64,000 nucleotides of DNA from Chloroflexota bacterium (GTDB lineage Bacteria; Chloroflexota; Limnocylindria; Limnocylindrales; CSP1-4), in NCBI GenBank assembly GCA_012026785.1, contig VEOW01000115.1:3495-67494 (forward strand), written 5' to 3'. Numbering within the stretch: position 1 is the stretch's first letter; every line of letters starts with the position of its first letter. The translations under genes were made by a program, and so were the position numbers. Positions 1 through 8,101 of this stretch are shown one piece after another. The notes under the pieces are model-generated. The model worked only from the letters and a program-made list of their open reading frames with translations. It searched no databases and was not told the DNA's origin.

Positions 1-850
1 CTCGAGAGTTGCGAGGTAGCGTCCGATCTTGTTGTGCTCGACGTGCGAGCGGCCCGCGATCGTCGGGTAGTCGGCAGGGCCGGCCGCCAGGGCGGCAAGC
101 AGGCTGAAGTATGTGGCCGGCGATTCGAGTTCCTGAGCGAGGACTGCGCGTCCCTCGTTGAACAGGCCTGCCAGGGGATCGAGTGTCGTCGCCGCCAGAC
201 TTGCCGCGGGGTCGGCCGAGCCCGCCATGACCGCCAGATACTTCGGCATCCCGCCCGCGAGCCCGAATGCCACGAGCTGGTTCTCGGGCGTCATGCCCTC
301 GAGGAGTTCCTGCGCGCGCCAGAAATCGAGTGGGCGGATCCGGAGCGGCTGAAGGCGGTCGTGCAGGGGCTGCCGTTCTGCCAGGAGCTCCTCCATGATT
401 CCAACGTGGCTGCCGGTCAGGATGAGCTTGAGCCGCGAGTTCGGCGACTCCTCCTCCATGATCTTGAGGAGCGTGGACGGCAGTGCCCGGTCGACGCGGA
501 GGAGATTCGGGAGTTCATCGATAACGGCGAGTCGCGGCTCGGTGTGAGCGCGGCGATAGAGGGTTCGAAAGAGCGTCTCCAGATCGGGAAGGTCCGGTCG
601 CTCGCCGTCCCGCTCGAGCGTGGCGGCGAACCCCGCGAGCTGGTCGGGCAGGGCGCGAGTGGTCCCGATCAGAACGTCCGCCTCGCGTCCGTGGGCGAAG
701 GCCTTGAAGAGCCACGATTTTCCGACCCGACGGCGGCCGTGTAGGACGAGCGCTCGTGGCTCACCGACCCGGTCGAACCAGCCCTTGATGGCATCGAGCT
801 CGGCGACTCGATCGCGAAATCGGTCGATGGCCTCGAACACATAGGGCATC
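1..850 (-). CDS. AAA-family ATP-binding protein (archaeal-ATPase/DUF234-like), 3' end truncated by window start
   Basis: Reverse-strand translation from ATG at 850 gives MPYVFEAIDRFRDRVAELDAIKGWFDRVGEPRALVLHGRRRVGKSWLFKAF... with a Walker-A-like GRRRVGKS and a DELP Walker-B-like motif. The plus-strand ORF 34..744 is its antisense frame. Confidence 0.6.
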
Positions 851-1005
851 TGTTTACTCCAGCGTAACTTACGACAGCGTAAGCAAAGCCTGCCTGGTTG
901 GTCAAGTCGCTGGCGCGGCTTCCACGGTCCTCCCGATCGCGAGAGAAGCGAGACACCGACAGTCTCGACGTGGCGGCCACGTCCACGTCCGTCAGCGGTG
1001 GCCTC

Positions 1006-1036
1006 TTGCAGCAACGACCGCAACGGCGGGTATAGT
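1006..1036 (+). promoter_or_regulatory. putative sigma70-type promoter for tRNA-Lys (TTGCAG, 19-nt spacer, TATAGT)
   Basis: Hexamers read directly about 45 nt upstream of the tRNA. The spacer is long for an ideal promoter. It shares the TATAGT -10 with the tRNA-fMet promoter. Confidence 0.35.
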
Positions 1037-1079
1037 CAATCGCCTCGCGAGCGGCGACGAGCGCGAGACCGATTCGGGC

Positions 1080-1154
1080 GGGCCCGTAGCTCAGCGGCAG
1101 AGCAGGGGACTTTTAATCCTCGTGTCCTGGGTTCGAATCCCAGCGGGCCCTCCA
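1080..1154 (+). tRNA. tRNA-Lys (anticodon UUU)
   Basis: Cloverleaf read by eye. Acceptor stem GGGCCCG/CGGGCCC, D-arm GTAGCTCAGCGGCAGAGC, anticodon loop CTTTTAA, T-arm CTGGGTTCGAATCCCAG, encoded CCA. Confidence 0.85.
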
Positions 1155-1189
1155 TGACCACCGGCCGCCGTCGTAGAGGGAGAGACGCA

Positions 1190-1489
1190 ATGGCTGAGGT
1201 CGTCTCGATCGTCACTGGCACGGTCTCCAGCGACGGCCTTCAGCAGGTCGCCGACGCCTACCGGTCCGGGCTGTCCGAGGGCCCGCCTCCCGAGATCGAG
1301 GAGACGTTCCTACTCGAGGCGGACGGTGGTCGCGTCGCGATCCTGTCGGTGTGGCATCGACGCTCCGGCCTGGAAGCCATGATTGCCTCCGGTGAAGAGC
1401 CCTTCGCCAGACGCGTGATCCGAGAGGCTGGCGGCAGTCCGGAGGTGACGGTCTATCGGATCGTCCAGCGTGCCGGGTCCGACGACTGA
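1190..1489 (+). CDS. small hypothetical protein (about 99 aa)
   Basis: ATG preceded by a GAGGGAG RBS. It lies downstream of the tRNA, so ORF 998..1489 was trimmed because it overlaps the tRNA. No confident family assignment. Confidence 0.45.
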   Translation: MAEVVSIVTGTVSSDGLQQVADAYRSGLSEGPPPEIEETFLLEADGGRVAILSVWHRRSGLEAMIASGEEPFARRVIREAGGSPEVTVYRIVQRAGSDD

Positions 1490-1528
1490 CTCGGAGACTG
1501 ACACGGGCTCGAACACAAGGATTCCAGA

Positions 1529-2227
1529 TCAGGCGCGGCGCCAGACGACGCAGCACATCCCGGGCTGGCGGGCGAGCTCGGCGCGGATGCCGGTGGCGCC
1601 CAGCCCCGCGATGACCCCATCCATCAGCGACAGGTTCATCCCACAGACGAGGGTCCGATGCGCCTGCGCGAGGGCGTCGAACGGGCAGTTGCGGAGGACG
1701 ACCAGGTCGCCGCTGCCCGCCGCAGGCTCGAACCCAGCCTCCGCCAGCACGGAGATCGCGGCCTCCACGAGGGCCCCCCGTCCACGCGAACGCCCGGCCC
1801 GACGTCGCGCCTCCTGCCCGAGCGCCCGGCCGTAGGATCGGGCGGCCTCGTCGAGCGCCGCCTGGGTGGAGGCGTCCGAGGCCACGCCCCTCGACAACGC
1901 GGCGGCGAACAGCCGCGCCGCCAGCTCGTAGCGGCGGGCCGGCAGCGAGACGCTGACCTCGCGGTCGGAGCGGGCGTACAGCTTCGACGGGCGACCGGCG
2001 CCTGGACCGGTTCGGCCGGTCAGGCGGCGGTACGACACGTCCAGCAGGCCGGCATCGCCGAGCCGGTCGAGGTGAAACGCCGCCAGCGCTCGGCTGATCC
2101 CCAGGGCGGTGGCGGCCGCGTCGCGGCCGACGGGCTCGCGGCTCGACGCGACGTGCTCGTAGAGCCGGCGACGTACCGGCTCGGCGAGAACGGCGACGTC
2201 GGCGACGGCGTCGCGGGGCATGTCCAT
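1529..2227 (-). CDS. winged helix-turn-helix transcriptional regulator
   Basis: N-terminal wHTH (VRRRLYEHVASSREPVGRDAAATALGISRALAAFHLDRLGDAGLL) with a C-terminal effector-like domain. It is divergent from folE. Confidence 0.7.
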   Translation of the reverse strand: MDMPRDAVADVAVLAEPVRRRLYEHVASSREPVGRDAAATALGISRALAAFHLDRLGDAGLLDVSYRRLTGRTGPGAGRPSKLYARSDREVSVSLPARRYELAARLFAAALSRGVASDASTQAALDEAARSYGRALGQEARRRAGRSRGRGALVEAAISVLAEAGFEPAAGSGDLVVLRNCPFDALAQAHRTLVCGMNLSLMDGVIAGLGATGIRAELARQPGMCCVVWRRA

Positions 2228-2292
2228 GTCTCGACTCTACGGCTGAGCTGCATCTAACGCAAGTGGTCTTTAGCGGAACCCTCGCCGGGTGG

Positions 2293-2321
2293 TTGACACT
2301 AATAATAGGACACGCTAGTTT
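2293..2321 (+). promoter_or_regulatory. putative promoter TTGACA-17-TAGTTT in an AT-rich divergent intergenic region upstream of folE
   Basis: Hexamers with 17-nt spacing read directly. The region stands out as AT-rich in a 72% GC background. Confidence 0.45.
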
Positions 2322-2357
2322 TAGAAGCACCAACAAACCAACCAGTCGAGGCGACCG

Positions 2358-3050
2358 ATGACTCCAGCTCCCCACCTCTCGCTGGCCCCAGACCTCGTCG
2401 AGGCCGAGCCGGTCCCGACCCCCGCCACCGCGCCCACCGGCCGGCGCATCGAGCCCGCGGACTGGCGGCGCTACGAGAGCTACCTCGGCGAGATCCTCGA
2501 GGCCCTTGGCCTTGACCTCTCGAGCGCGGCCACCGTGGCCACGCCGCGCCGGTTCCTGCAGGCCCTGTACGACGCGACCGACGGGTACGACGGCGATCCC
2601 AAGCTCCTGACGGCCTTCCCGACCGAGTGCCACGGCGACGCCAACTGCGAGCTGGCCCAGGTCATCGAGGGTCCCATCCGGTTCCACGCGCTGTGCGAGC
2701 ACCACGCGCTGCCGTTCAGCGGCGAGGCCTACGTCGGCTACGTCGCCCACGAGGGCATCATCGGCATCAGCAAGCTGACCCGCCTCGTCCGGGTCCTTAC
2801 CCGCCGCTTCGGCGTCCAGGAGCGGATGACCCACCAGATCGCCGACGAGCTCGATCGGCTCGTGGCGCCGCACGGGGTCGCGGTCTATCTGGAGGCGCAC
2901 CACCTGTGCACGCAGATGCGCGGCGTGCGTGAGAACGATGCCCTGACACGAACGACGGCCTACCGCGGCGTCTACGCCGAGAACGCCGCCCTTCGACGCG
3001 AGTTCTTCGAAGCCAGCGGCCTCGGGATGGTTCGAGGGGGTCGACGATGA
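2358..3050 (+). CDS. folE: GTP cyclohydrolase I
   Basis: Conserved FolE motifs: TPRRFLQAL, CEHHALPFSGEAYVGY, ISKLTRLVRVLTRRFGVQERMTHQIA. Confidence 0.9.
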   Translation: MTPAPHLSLAPDLVEAEPVPTPATAPTGRRIEPADWRRYESYLGEILEALGLDLSSAATVATPRRFLQALYDATDGYDGDPKLLTAFPTECHGDANCELAQVIEGPIRFHALCEHHALPFSGEAYVGYVAHEGIIGISKLTRLVRVLTRRFGVQERMTHQIADELDRLVAPHGVAVYLEAHHLCTQMRGVRENDALTRTTAYRGVYAENAALRREFFEASGLGMVRGGRR

Positions 3051-3955
3051 CGGTCACGCTCGCGCCCGAGACGCTCCAGCGCCTCGAGCTGCTGTGGGAG
3101 GCGCTCCCGGCCGACCGTGCCGAGATCCGGGGTGGCGGCCTGCCGCCCGAGCTGGCTCGGCGGTACGGCGGCCCGCTCCTCGTCGGCCTGCGCCCGGATC
3201 GTCCGACGGTTATCGCCAACCTCGTGTCGACGATCGACGGCATCGTCGCGCTCGGTCCGGGGGAGCTGAGCGGCGGTCGCGTCGTCAGCGGGTCCCACGA
3301 GCCCGATCGGTTCGTCATGGCCCTGCTCCGGGCGCTTGCTGACGTCGTGCTGGTTGGCGCAGGCACGCTCCGTCAATCGTCCAGCCAGCGCTGGACCGCC
3401 GAGCACCTGCAGCCGAAGCTCGCGCCGGCGTTCGAGGACTGGCGCCGCGCGATGGGGTTGGCGCCCCGACCCATGACCGTGATCGTGACCACCAGCGGGG
3501 ACATCCCGGTCGAGCACCCAGGCTTGACCAGCCCCGACATCCGGGTCGTCGTGGCCACGTCGCTCGATGGCGCGCGGAGGCTCGCCCACCGGGGCCTGAC
3601 GGACAACATCTCGCTCGAGGTCCTCGGAGGCGCAGGCGCCCTCGACGGAGCCAGCTCGCTCGATGCTGCCGCGATCGTCGAACTGGTCGGGCGGCTGGGC
3701 GCGCGGGTCGCCCTGGCCGAGGGTGGGCCGCACGCGCTCGGCGAGCTCGTTGGAGCCGATCTCGTGGACGAGCTGTTCCTGACCGTCTCGCCGCAGCTCG
3801 TCGGCCGAGCCGATCCCGCCCGCCTCGGCCTCGTCGAGGGCGTGGCCGTTCCGCCGGGCTCGCGCTGGCAGGAGCTGGCGAGCGTCCGACGCTCCACCGA
3901 CCACCTGTTCCTGCGATATCGCCGCGCTTCGATTGCGGCAGCCACGGAGGCCTGA
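3047..3955 (+). CDS. RibD C-terminal domain / dihydrofolate-reductase-family pyrimidine reductase
   Basis: Motifs VIANLVSTIDGIVA, LLRALADVVLVGAGTL and DELFLTVSPQLVG are typical of the bacterial deaminase-reductase C-terminal domain. ATGA overlap with folE. Confidence 0.7.
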   Translation: MTVTLAPETLQRLELLWEALPADRAEIRGGGLPPELARRYGGPLLVGLRPDRPTVIANLVSTIDGIVALGPGELSGGRVVSGSHEPDRFVMALLRALADVVLVGAGTLRQSSSQRWTAEHLQPKLAPAFEDWRRAMGLAPRPMTVIVTTSGDIPVEHPGLTSPDIRVVVATSLDGARRLAHRGLTDNISLEVLGGAGALDGASSLDAAAIVELVGRLGARVALAEGGPHALGELVGADLVDELFLTVSPQLVGRADPARLGLVEGVAVPPGSRWQELASVRRSTDHLFLRYRRASIAAATEA

Positions 3956-3956
3956 C

Positions 3957-5177
3957 ATGCCACAGCAGACCCACGTCATCGTCGGCGCCAGCCTCGCCGG
4001 AGCCAGTGCCGCCGCGGCCCTGCGCAAGCGCGGCTTCGACGGCCGGATCGTTCTGATCGGCGATGAGCCCCATCTCCCGTACGAGCGCCCGGAGCTGTCG
4101 AAGAAGTACCTCCGCGGCGAGGTCGAAACCCCGGTCATCGTGCACGACGAGGCGTTCTACGCGGACTCGGCCATCGAGCTCCTGCGGGGCCGCCGGGTCA
4201 CCGGCCTCGATCTCGATGCCCGCCGGGTGATCATCGATGCCGAGACGATCCGGTTCGACCGGCTGCTGGTCGGGACCGGCGCCTCGCCCCGGCCGCTGGG
4301 CGTGCCCGGCGAGGACCTCCCGGGCGTGCACCGGCTGCGGACCCTGGAGGACGCGGATGCGATTCGCGAGGCGGCCGCTCGCGCGAGCGGCGCCGTCGTC
4401 GTCGGTGGCGGCTGGATCGGCTCGGAGGTGGCTGCCTCGCTGCGCCAGCTCGGCCTCGATGTGGCCGTCGTATCGCTCACCCCAACGCCGCTGGAGCACG
4501 TCCTGGGCGCCGAGATCGGCGCGATCTACCGGGAGACGCACGAGGGGCACGGCGTGCGATTCGTCACGGGTTCGCGCGTTCGGAGAATCCTGGGCACGGA
4601 TCGAGCGACCGGGGTCGAGACGGATGACGGCCGGCGAATCGAGGCCGACCTCGTGATCGTCGGTGTGGGCGCGGATCCGCGGACCGACCTGGCCGTCGCT
4701 GCGGGCCTCGAGGTTCGGAACGGCATCGTCGTCGGCGCCAACCTCGAGACAGGCGCTCCCGGCGTGTTCGCGGCCGGTGACGTGGCGAACGCCTGGCACC
4801 CGTTCTACCGGCGCCACCTCCGGGTCGAGCACTGGGACAACGCCAAGCGCCAGGGCCGGGCGGCCGCGGCGAGCATGCTCGGCGAGCCGACGAGCTACGA
4901 TCGGATCCCGTACTTCTACTCCGACCAGTACGAGCTCGGGATGGAGTACACAGGGCACGCCCTCCACTGGGACGAGGTCGTCATCCGGGGCGACCGCGAG
5001 GCGCGCGAGCTCATCGCCTTCTGGCTCTCCGGTGGGCGCGTCGTGGCCGGCATGAACATGAACGTCTGGGACGTCGCGCCGGCGATCGAGCGGCTCGTCC
5101 GGTCTCGGTCGGCCATCGATCGCGACCGCCTGGCCGACCCGGACGCTCCGCTCGAGGCGCTCGCTCCCGCCGCGTGA
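3957..5177 (+). CDS. FAD/NAD(P)-dependent oxidoreductase, ferredoxin-reductase family
   Basis: Dinucleotide-binding VIVGASLAGASAAAALR and a second VVVGGGWIGSEVAASL. Putidaredoxin-reductase-like architecture. The ATG at 3957 is taken rather than the 3933 ORF start because it abuts the upstream stop. Confidence 0.8.
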   Translation: MPQQTHVIVGASLAGASAAAALRKRGFDGRIVLIGDEPHLPYERPELSKKYLRGEVETPVIVHDEAFYADSAIELLRGRRVTGLDLDARRVIIDAETIRFDRLLVGTGASPRPLGVPGEDLPGVHRLRTLEDADAIREAAARASGAVVVGGGWIGSEVAASLRQLGLDVAVVSLTPTPLEHVLGAEIGAIYRETHEGHGVRFVTGSRVRRILGTDRATGVETDDGRRIEADLVIVGVGADPRTDLAVAAGLEVRNGIVVGANLETGAPGVFAAGDVANAWHPFYRRHLRVEHWDNAKRQGRAAAASMLGEPTSYDRIPYFYSDQYELGMEYTGHALHWDEVVIRGDREARELIAFWLSGGRVVAGMNMNVWDVAPAIERLVRSRSAIDRDRLADPDAPLEALAPAA

Positions 5178-5455
5178 CCGGAGGCGGGGCCCGAAAAGGT
5201 TGCGCGGCCGGCGCGCGATGTCGTATCGTCCGGCCCTCATGCACGAGCCAACCGCCCACCACGAGGCGAAGAAGCTCTGGCGGCCCTGCCGGGAGGCACG
5301 GGCGCCAGGGCTCTGACGGCGCGTCGCACGAGCGACGAACCACCAGGAGCCACCCGGCGCGGAGGCTCCAGGGGCCGCGGACACCACCACCGGTGACCGC
5401 GGTCTTTTGTTTGCAGTCGGAGCCTCCGGAACGGAACAGCGGAGGAACCGACGCC
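5178..5455 (+). promoter_or_regulatory. long structured 5' leader of dapB: candidate riboswitch/attenuator (lysine L-box hypothesis)
   Basis: 278-nt non-coding gap in a gene-dense region. Contains the hairpin CCGCGG-A-CACC..GGTG-A-CCGCGG followed by TCTTTTGTTT. A 10-bp outer helix CGGAGGCTCC/GGAGCCTCCG sits on either side of it. The CCTCC segment in the outer helix can alternatively pair with the GGAGG RBS at about 5441. Confidence 0.4.
5375..5412 (+). terminator. intrinsic-terminator-like hairpin plus U-tract inside the dapB leader
   Basis: Stem CCGCGGACACC / GGTGACCGCGG followed by TCTTTTGTTT. A T-run is conspicuous in this GC-rich genome. Confidence 0.5.
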
Positions 5456-6262
5456 ATGACGACCTTCATCTTCGGAGACGGCCACCTCGGCCGGGCGATC
5501 GCCGCGGCCATCGCGGAACGCGGCGAGGCCGAGCCGATCGTCGTCGGGCGGCCGCCGGACGGCGAGCATCGGGCAACCCGGTTCGTCGGTGCCGACCTCG
5601 TCTTCGACGCCTCGGTTCCCGGCGCCGTCGCCGGGAACGTCGCGGCGGCGCTCGCGGCCGGCTGTCGACGGTTCGTCATCGCCGCGACCGGCTGGGAGGA
5701 TGCTCGAGACGCGGTCGACGAGGCGCTCCGCGCGCATGACGCGGCGGCGGGCGCGGCGCCGAACTACAGTCTCGGGGTCGCCGCACTGCTCCGGCTGACC
5801 GACCTCGCCGGGCAGCTGTTCGCCGCCCTCGACGGCTTCGACCCGTACGTCCTCGAATGGCACCGCCGCGGCAAGGCGGACCGGCCGTCCGGCACGGCCC
5901 GGGAGCTGGCCCGCCGTCTGCTGGCCGTCGATCCTCGAAAGCACACCATCGCCCCGACCGGCTCGTCAGCCCCGGCGCCCGACGAGCGCGAGGTGGCCAG
6001 CGTCCGGGCCGGCGCTTCGCCGGGCATGCACGTCGTGGGCTTCGATGCGGCGGGCGAGACGGTCGAGCTGCGCCTGACGGCGCGCGATCGCTCCGCCTAC
6101 GCGGCCGGGGCGCTCGTGGCGGCCGACTGGCTTCGGGCCGCGCCGCGTTCGCCGGGCATCCACTCGTTCGACGAGGTCGTCGAAGAGCGCATCGGTGTGG
6201 CCGCCAACGGGCCCGGCCCAGCGCTCGAGAAGCCTCGGGCGGTGACCGGCTCCACCGGCTGA
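5456..6262 (+). CDS. dapB: 4-hydroxy-tetrahydrodipicolinate reductase
   Basis: MTTFIFGDGHLGRAI N-terminus and the MHVVGFDAAGETVELRLTARDRSAYAAGAL DapB C-terminal domain. ATG with a GGAGG RBS. The ORF track start 5174 is an upstream in-frame extension. Confidence 0.9.
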   Translation: MTTFIFGDGHLGRAIAAAIAERGEAEPIVVGRPPDGEHRATRFVGADLVFDASVPGAVAGNVAAALAAGCRRFVIAATGWEDARDAVDEALRAHDAAAGAAPNYSLGVAALLRLTDLAGQLFAALDGFDPYVLEWHRRGKADRPSGTARELARRLLAVDPRKHTIAPTGSSAPAPDEREVASVRAGASPGMHVVGFDAAGETVELRLTARDRSAYAAGALVAADWLRAAPRSPGIHSFDEVVEERIGVAANGPGPALEKPRAVTGSTG

Positions 6263-6314
6263 CCGCCTCGCCGCCGTTCGACGCACCGCCAACGAAGCTC
6301 GAAGGAGACCCGAC

Positions 6315-7313
6315 ATGCCCCGCCTCGAACGTCACGCTCGAACCACCCGTCCGGTCCTGCGGGGCGCCCTGACCGCCATGGTCACGCCCTTCACCGCCGA
6401 CGGCGCCCTCGACGAGCCGACCCTGCGCGAGCTCGTCCTGCTCCAGGTCCTGGCCGGGATCGCCGGCCTCGTCCCGTGCGGCACGACCGGCGAGGCGCCG
6501 ACGCTGTCGGTCGCCGAGCGGGAGCGCGTCATCGCGCTGACCGTCGAGACCCTTGCGACGCGACCGTCGCAGCGACGGGTGCCGGTCGTCGCCGGAACGG
6601 GGACCAACGACACCGCCGCGACGATCGCGGCGACGCGCCGCGCCGCCGAACTCGGCGCCGACGCGGCCCTCGTCGTTGCGCCCTACTACAACCGGCCCGA
6701 CGGCCGGATGCTGGAGGCCCACTTCCGGGCGGTGGCCGACGAGGGCGACCTGCCGATCGTCGTCTACAACGTGCCATCGCGGACCGGGACGAACGTTCCG
6801 GCCGACGTCTTCCTGCGGCTGGCCGAGCATCCCCGCGTCATCGCCGTCAAGGAGGCGTCCGGCAACCTGGAGCAGATCGCGGTCATCTGCCGCGATCGGC
6901 CCCGTGACGTGGCCGTCCTGGCCGGTGACGATGCCTGGACCCTCGCGGTGCTCGCGATGGGTGGCGATGGCGTGGTCTCGGTGGCGAGCAACGAGATCCC
7001 GGGTGACATGGTCGGGCTGTGCGCGGCCGCGCTCGCCGGCGACTGGGACGCGGCCCGGCGGATTCACCGTCGCTGGCTGCCGCTGTTCCTCGCCAACTTC
7101 CGCGGCGGCCCGAATCCCGTCCCGGTCAAGGCCGCCCTCGCCGCGATGGGCGTGCTCAGGTCCGATGGCGTTCGGCGGCCGCTGCTCGGCCTCGCCGACG
7201 GCGATCGCGAGTCGCTGATGGCGCTGATGCGCGGGCTCGGCCTCCTGGAGGCGGGGGGCCGGATCGCGACGCGGCAGACGGCGGGCAGGGCGGCCACGGA
7301 GCTCGTCTCGTGA
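6315..7313 (+). CDS. dapA: 4-hydroxy-tetrahydrodipicolinate synthase
   Basis: TALVTPF, GTTGE and a catalytic-Lys region (RVIAVKEASGN), all typical of DapA. Confidence 0.9.
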   Translation: MPRLERHARTTRPVLRGALTAMVTPFTADGALDEPTLRELVLLQVLAGIAGLVPCGTTGEAPTLSVAERERVIALTVETLATRPSQRRVPVVAGTGTNDTAATIAATRRAAELGADAALVVAPYYNRPDGRMLEAHFRAVADEGDLPIVVYNVPSRTGTNVPADVFLRLAEHPRVIAVKEASGNLEQIAVICRDRPRDVAVLAGDDAWTLAVLAMGGDGVVSVASNEIPGDMVGLCAAALAGDWDAARRIHRRWLPLFLANFRGGPNPVPVKAALAAMGVLRSDGVRRPLLGLADGDRESLMALMRGLGLLEAGGRIATRQTAGRAATELVS

Positions 7314-8101
7314 CCGACATCCTGGCCGACCTCGACGCAGGCCGGCGCCGAGCGGCCTCACCGGATCGGGCGGCCACCGCCGGCTGGCGGGTCGACGCGA
7401 GCGTCAAGGCGGAGATCCTCGAGCTGTTCGACCGTGGTGGCGATCGGACCTTCGAGGTCGGCCCGCTGGCGTTCGCCGATCGCGCCTCACTGCCGCTCAA
7501 GCGCCTCCATGACGGCGTCGACGCCAGGGCCGCCCGGGATGCCGGGCGGCCCTGGCGGATCGTGCCCGGCGGGACGAGCCTCCGGGCCGGCGCGCATCTC
7601 GAGCCCGGCGGCGTCGTCATGCCGCCGTCGTTCGTGAACGTCGGCGCCTGGATCGGCGCCGGCACGATGATCGATTCCCACGTCCTGGTCGGCTCCTGCG
7701 CCCAGATCGGGGCGCGCGTCCACCTCGCCGCGGGCGTCGTGATCGGCGGCGTGCTCGAGCCGCCGGGGGCACGGCCGGTCATCGTCGAGGACGACGTCTT
7801 CGTCGGTGGCGGCTGCGGGCTGTACGAGGGCGTGCTGGTCGGACGGGGCGCCGTCCTCGCGGCCGGCGTGACCCTGACCGGGACGTCACGGCTGTTCGAC
7901 CTCGTCCGCGAGCGGGTCATCGAGGGGACAGCCGACGCGCCGCTGGTCGTGCCCGAGCGGGCCGTCGTCGTGCCCGGCACCCGCGCCGTCGACGGGAGCT
8001 TCGGCCGCGAGCACGGCCTCGGGGTCGCGACGGCCCTGATCGTCAAGGACCGCGACGCGGGCACCGATGCGCGGGTCGCGCTCGAGGCGGCGCTCCGGTG
8101 A
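7310..8101 (+). CDS. dapD: tetrahydrodipicolinate N-acyltransferase (DapD/DapH family, hexapeptide-repeat)
   Basis: GTG start overlapping the dapA stop (GTGA). Left-handed beta-helix hexapeptide repeats (VGAWIGAGTMIDSHVLVGSCAQIGARVHLAAGVVIGGVLEP). Confidence 0.8.
   Translation: MTDILADLDAGRRRAASPDRAATAGWRVDASVKAEILELFDRGGDRTFEVGPLAFADRASLPLKRLHDGVDARAARDAGRPWRIVPGGTSLRAGAHLEPGGVVMPPSFVNVGAWIGAGTMIDSHVLVGSCAQIGARVHLAAGVVIGGVLEPPGARPVIVEDDVFVGGGCGLYEGVLVGRGAVLAAGVTLTGTSRLFDLVRERVIEGTADAPLVVPERAVVVPGTRAVDGSFGREHGLGVATALIVKDRDAGTDARVALEAALR

Noticed and set aside
34-744. 236-aa plus-strand ORF at the window start
   Set aside because: It is antisense to a clearly recognisable AAA-ATPase gene on the minus strand (1-850). 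No motifs, typical GC-rich frame artefact.
998-1489. 163-aa ORF spanning the tRNA-Lys gene
   Set aside because: Its 5' part overlaps the tRNA. The real CDS most likely begins at the RBS-preceded ATG 1190.
1212-2903. 563-aa minus-strand ORF rich in Arg/Pro/Gly
   Set aside because: Antisense to the HTH regulator and folE. Low-complexity translation typical of wrong-frame reading in high-GC DNA.
3315-5390. 691-aa minus-strand ORF
   Set aside because: Antisense to the RibD-C reductase and the FAD oxidoreductase. No domain signatures.
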